Below, piece after piece: positions 37,481 to 42,514 of a stretch of DNA of 42,514 bases. The position numbers and the translations under genes are program-made. The notes under the pieces were generated by a model that was not told where the DNA came from, made no database searches, and saw only the letters and a list, made by a program, of their open reading frames with translations. Position 1 is the first letter of the stretch. Each line of letters opens with the position of its first letter. Location: assembly GCF_006345805.1 (NCBI RefSeq), contig NW_021826262.1:1-42514 (forward strand). The letters are read 5' to 3'. This DNA comes from Octopus sinensis. Its lineage: Eukaryota.

Positions 37481-38594
37481 TGTATTAGTATGGCACATCA
37501 TATGTGATGTGATGTGTAAAGTCATGTGGTGTAGTGAGGAGAAGAGGGGGAGGGGAGAAGAGGGAGGGAAAAGGGGGGAGGAAGGGGGAAGAGGAGAGGT
37601 GGGGGAGAGGAAGGGAGAGAGGGAGCAGAAGGGGGGGGAAGGGAAGAGGGAGGGAGAAAGAGGGAAGAAGGGAAGGGGAGTAGGGGTGAAAGGGAAGGAC
37701 TAAGAAGTAGGGTCGGGGGGAAAAGGATAGGTGAGGAGGGGGAGGGGGGTTAGATGAGGAGGGGGGAGAGTTGAGACCAAATGGCGTATAAGAGCGAAAG
37801 AGAAGATTAATTCCTGTTCACGCGGCAAACGGGAATCCGGATGGCCTCTGTGTAAGGACAAACCGAACACAGATAGGTGTTGCAGGAGTGACCGGTGGAG
37901 CGGAAATGGCGTGAGACCGGTGTGTCGTTCGCAAGGTGGATGTCACGAAGGTGTTCCGCGAACCGGTCAGAAGCGGCGTCCCGTTTGTCCGATGTACAAG
38001 GAATTGCAGAGAGAGCAAGAGATGCAATAGATAATATTGCTGGAGGTGCAGGTGAAGGAGTGGATGATGGGATAGGGTCGATGGTGGTGCTAGTGAGGCG
38101 GGTGGTGTTGGAGAGTAAGGGCAAGTGCGGCAACGTGGGCGGGAGCAGGGGAACGAGCCGGGTTGGGAGGTAGGGTCAGGGAAGGAGCTATGGACCAAAA
38201 GGTCTCGAAGGTTGTGGGCTCGTTTGAAAGAGGGGAGAGGTCGGTTAGGGAAGAGTGTGAAGTGGACGGGTCGGACTGGAGATGACGGAAAGCTCGAAGA
38301 ATGGTGCGTTGGAGAGGTAGGGTCGTGGGGTGGTAGTGAGGGAAAAGAGGCGGGAGACTACAGGGCGGGTTCGGGAGAGAGAGCAGATACACGGTCCACG
38401 GACCGTTTTCTGGCAAGGGCGGTGTGGATAGTGGTGAGGGGGTATCCACGTAGGGTGAAGTGGTGAGCCATACGTTGAGACTGAGTCTCAAGTCATGGTC
38501 GTCACTACAGAGCCTACGTAGACGGAGGAATTGGGAATAGGGGATGGAAAGCTTGGTGTGTTCTGGGTGGGAGGAAGAGAAATATCTATCTATA

Positions 38595-38646
<52 letters not shown>

Positions 38647-39851
38647 TACATACATATATATATAATATATATATATACATACATATATATATATACACAT
38701 ACATCACATACATATATATATATATAACATATGTATGCATATATACATACATGAATACATGCATACAAGCATATATATATATATATGCTTGTTCTTATAC
38801 ATATATAGCTATACATAACTGCATATTCATGTACATAGAAAGCTGCAAGCGCAACACATAACTTCAAATATAAAGCTTACATAACCTAGCATATAACTGT
38901 CCGCTTTTTTGGGGTGTGTGCATACGTGCGAGTGAATGTGCGTGTGTGTGTGTCTGTGTGTATCTGTGTGTGTTTGTGTGTCTGTGTTAAAATACACGAT
39001 AAATATATGAAGGAGTATGAAACGAAGTAGAGCGTAACAAATAACCAGCTTTTCTATGAACAAGATAAACCATATAACGTTATATTTTGTGTGTTTTTCA
39101 TGAAATTTAAATTGATATTACGTTTAAAGAAAATTTATAAACTTTCTGGTAATAAAACAAGACAAATTATGTTTACTTGGATTTTTGTCATCTTTGTGTT
39201 ATTTTACTACAGAACCTGATTTTATTATTTGTTTATATGTGTTTTTTTTTACCTTCTTTGCTTTCGATTTTGTTTTATTTTTTTATGAGTTGCCTCCTGT
39301 TTTTTTTTGTTTTTTTTTTGTTGCTTTTCTGTTGCTTTTTTTAATATTTTTTTCGCAGTCACCAAACCAGATAATGTAAAAATGAAAGTATCTTAAATGG
39401 ATCTGTATTCCCGTATGAAAAGCAGCAGCAAGAAGAAGAAGAACAACAACAACAACAGCAACAGCAACAACTGCCACACCACCAACACCAACAATATCAA
39501 GAACGTGAAAAAGAATAATGACAATATCTGTAACGACGAAATAAAACTATAACTAAAATTAATAAATAAATAACAATTAAGTAAAGAAACCGTATAAACA
39601 AGACGGAATTGTTATAAATTATAAATGCGTTATAAATTGCTCTAGTAGCAATTTATTAATAGTTCCAGCTGCCTTCTGAATTAATAATATGTCAACGGTC
39701 TAGTAAACCAAATAAAACTAAGGTTTCTCCAGCTTGTTAATTTTCGTTAGAGATCTGTAAGACGGAGAATAAGAGAGAATTTAACCCACGTATGGCGGTT
39801 TGCAGCCATGTTGAAGTAAATAAACTGCTGCGTGTATTGTTGCTGCGCATA

Positions 39852-40232
39852 TCTTTATATATAAAAGTAAGGTTGTGTGTCTGTCTCCTAGGATTTAGAT
39901 TCCTAACTACACCCACATTTTGCGGTGCAGTTTAACCAAAACCGGGTATCTTATAGTCGTGATTCTGGGTATTAGCGCGCGTCTACGGTGAGTCTACGAT
40001 TTAAAAAAAAAATTACCATCATTTTTTTCCATTTTAATGCATTTTTTCGCTATTAAATAAGGGAAGTAACTCTCTAAAAATGTCTACGATAAGTCAACGA
40101 TTTAAAAAAAAATTACCATCATTTTTTTCCATTTTTAATGCATTTTTTTGCTATTTTTTGGCTATAACTCTCTAAAAATGCTTATATAGTTATTTCCCTT
40201 ACATCCCGAGCAACGCCGGGCGATACTGCTAG
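39852..40232 (+). mobile_element. Non-autonomous Helitron, 381 bp
   Basis: A|TCTTTATATATAAAAG 5' end, subterminal hairpin CCCGAGCAACGCCGGG (40205-40220) and CTAG|T 3' end. No target-site duplication. Confidence 0.9.
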
Positions 40233-40309
40233 TATATATATACGTGGTGAGTTTGGTGAATAGGACAGTGCCCGTTATTTTTTGTTTGTTTCTTTTTATT
40301 TATGGTTTG

Positions 40310-40833
40310 CTTGTTTCAATCATTTAGAGTGCTGCCATGCTGGAGCACCGCCTTGAAAAATTCTTAATCGAAGGAATCGACTTCAGTATTTAGTTTACTT
40401 CTTATTCTATCGATATCTTTTTGCCGAACCGCTATGTCACGGTGACGTAAAGACGCCAACACCGGTTGTCGAGTGGTAGCGACAAACAAATTCACAGACA
40501 CACACACACATACACTCTCTCGCTCTCTCTCTATTTCCCTCTCTTTCTCTCTCTCTCTCTCACACACACACATATCGTATACATTATTTAATTCTTTTCC
40601 TTGTTTCAGTCATTTTGACTGCGGTCATGCTGGAGCGCCGCCTTTAATCAAGCAAATCGACCCCAGGACTTATCCTTTGTAAGACTAGTACTTATTCTAT
40701 CGGTCTCTTTTGCCGAATCGCTAAGTTACTGGGACGTAAACACACCAGCATTGGTTGTCAAGAGATGTTGGCGGGACACACACACACAAACATACACATA
40801 GACACACGCACACACGTACATACACACACAGAC

Positions 40834-40873
<40 letters not shown>

Positions 40874-41037
40874 CGACGGGCTTCTTTCAGTTTCCGTCTA
40901 CCAAATCCACTGACAAGGCTTTGGTCGATCCGAGGCTATAATAGAAGACACTTGCCAAATCTGCCACACTGCGGGACTGAACCCGAGAATTACATTGTTG
41001 TGAACCAGACTTCTTACCACACAGCCACGTCTGCGCC
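40310..41037 (-). mobile_element. Family-A tail half (40310-40500) and full family-A SINE (40592-41037)
   Basis: Reverse-complement matches to family A. Confidence 0.88.
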
Positions 41038-41836
41038 ATTTTTTTCTTTTCTTATCATTGTTTTTTTTTTTGAAGCATTCCTGCATGTTTGATACCGAAA
41101 ATTATTTTCGTCGCGAATTTTGGGATGTAGTCAAAATTCCGAATGGTCGATATGAATAAAGAAGTTAGTCTAGTGGTGGTGGTCGTGGTGGTGGTGATAA
41201 GGTAACTCTAGTAAGGAAGGACTCAGTTATTATTTATTGCGCGCGTGTGTACCTTCTCTTTCTCCTGCTCGTCCCCGTCCACGTGGCCCTAATCGTACTT
41301 CTGCGAATTCCTGTTCTCGTCGATCGCTGCCGTGATCCGGCGCCTGTTCGAAGCTTCGTCACAACCGTCCACCGGCCGGCGGAGGCGACAATCAAGGCGG
41401 CCGGCCACGTGCTCGTGCCTGTCCCCGCCCAGCTAAAAGACAGAAGAAGAGAGATGACTCAGCTGGGAATGTCTGAATAAAGTCAGCTCCTTGAAGAAGA
41501 CGCTATTATAGAAGGTGAAGAGTGAGTTGATAGCATCTGAGACTGTGTCTGAAAATCACTTAATGCCCGTCAGTCGAGTAGAACTTTGCTGAGTGCAGTG
41601 TAGAACCTACTGAAAGAGCACCGTTTTAGATGTATGTCTCGCTTGATCTTTCTAACGTACCAGTAATCTTTTCGGGTTGAATTATCTTCAGACGTTTCTG
41701 ATAACGTCGTTGTTGATGCTGTATTTGTTACTGCCTTTCTTCGATGCCCATGCCATCTCCGAACAAACAGTTCGACGTCTAAATACATTCAAGCTTTATT
41801 GTTTTGAGCTCTTTCTTTTTTTTCTAAGGCTATAAA

Positions 41837-41950
41837 GACGCGTGGCCTAGTTGTTCCTGTGTTGAGCTCATGATCGCTAGATCGTCGGTTCGGTTCTGAC
41901 GCTGGTAGCATGTTCCGCTTTTGGGCAAAACAACTTATTTTACGCAGCTC
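41837..41950 (+). mobile_element. Degenerate tRNA-derived SINE head (family D-like)
   Basis: gcgtggcctagttg...ggttcggttc...ttgggcaaaac. Confidence 0.5.
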
Positions 41951-42187
41951 TTGTGGTGTGTAGGGATCGGCATGCCAACGAATAGACGCAAGGCTTCTTC
42001 AGCGTGTCCTAAAATAAAAGGCGATTTTAAGAAGTTGAGAAAGGTATTTTCCCTCCGACCTCGTAAAAACCTTCTCCAGCAACGACTACAAAAAAGGACC
42101 CATGCGTTGAAGGATTTTCCTTTCAGTGTCCTTTAGTATGACTAGCGATCACCAACAAATGATGGATGCTGCTGCGTTTGCAGCAAT

Positions 42188-42188
42188 C

Positions 42189-42241
<53 letters not shown>
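42188..42241. repeat. (CTA)n microsatellite
   Basis: Direct reading. Confidence 0.95.
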
Positions 42242-42514
42242 GTTAAATCAAAACCCGCATTATGTAATATGACCTTCACTTTTTAAGTTGGAAGTGTAGT
42301 ATTTGAAATGCTTTGGTTATTTGAAATCGGTCTGGTGAGCATGCAATCCCGTTTGTAATTGAATAAGTTTGATGTATGATGGATACGATGCAGCGATATA
42401 TTTTGTTATTGTATATTGAATGAATTAGCAAGATAATTTCAAATTTAATTACTGGCTTAATTTCAGATTGGCAAGTTTCAGCATACATCAGCAGTTGCAG
42501 GTTGCTTACAACAA

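Larger units (their letters stand above)
36839..38578 (-). mobile_element. 5'-truncated Penelope-like element (RT thumb, Cys linker, GIY-YIG endonuclease, 3' non-coding end)
   Basis: [27 protein letters not shown]; FPCSRPRCRTCPY; FTCTSSNIIYCISCSLCNSLYIGQTG (GIY-YIG); DRFAEHLRDI...PVSRHF. Several frameshifts. Confidence 0.92.

Noticed and set aside
461-41037. tRNA genes
   Set aside because: The A/B-box sequences are SINE heads that lack a complete cloverleaf and run into repeat bodies.
220-42488. Most ORFs in the supplied track (YIYI, THTH, poly-M/I/N/T/S/V and similar)
   Set aside because: They are translations of microsatellites or SINE interiors, with no splice or domain support.

Overview
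This is AT-rich, microsatellite-saturated animal genomic DNA. The SINE families and repeat load suggest an octopus or other coleoid cephalopod (inference). Most of the window appears to be intronic sequence of a minus-strand gene for an interrupted-helix collagen. Two exons are well supported: 7762-7941 (180 nt) and 1781-1852 (72 nt), both phase 1-1. A 39-nt exon (4509-4547) and a 12-nt micro-exon (6965-6976) between them are plausible. The rest is a patchwork of repeats: about 30 tRNA-derived SINE copies and fragments from several modular families, R4/Dong-type non-LTR fragments, a Penelope-like element 3' end with a minimal hammerhead-like motif, two mariner/Tc1 relics, a MITE, a non-autonomous Helitron and tandem repeats. 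Nearly all ORFs in the supplied track are microsatellite artefacts. I found no compelling new multi-gene system. The best leads are the variant hammerhead, a 230-nt fold-back hairpin, the collagen micro-exon chain and an ambiguous GC-rich exon-like island at 41253-41432.
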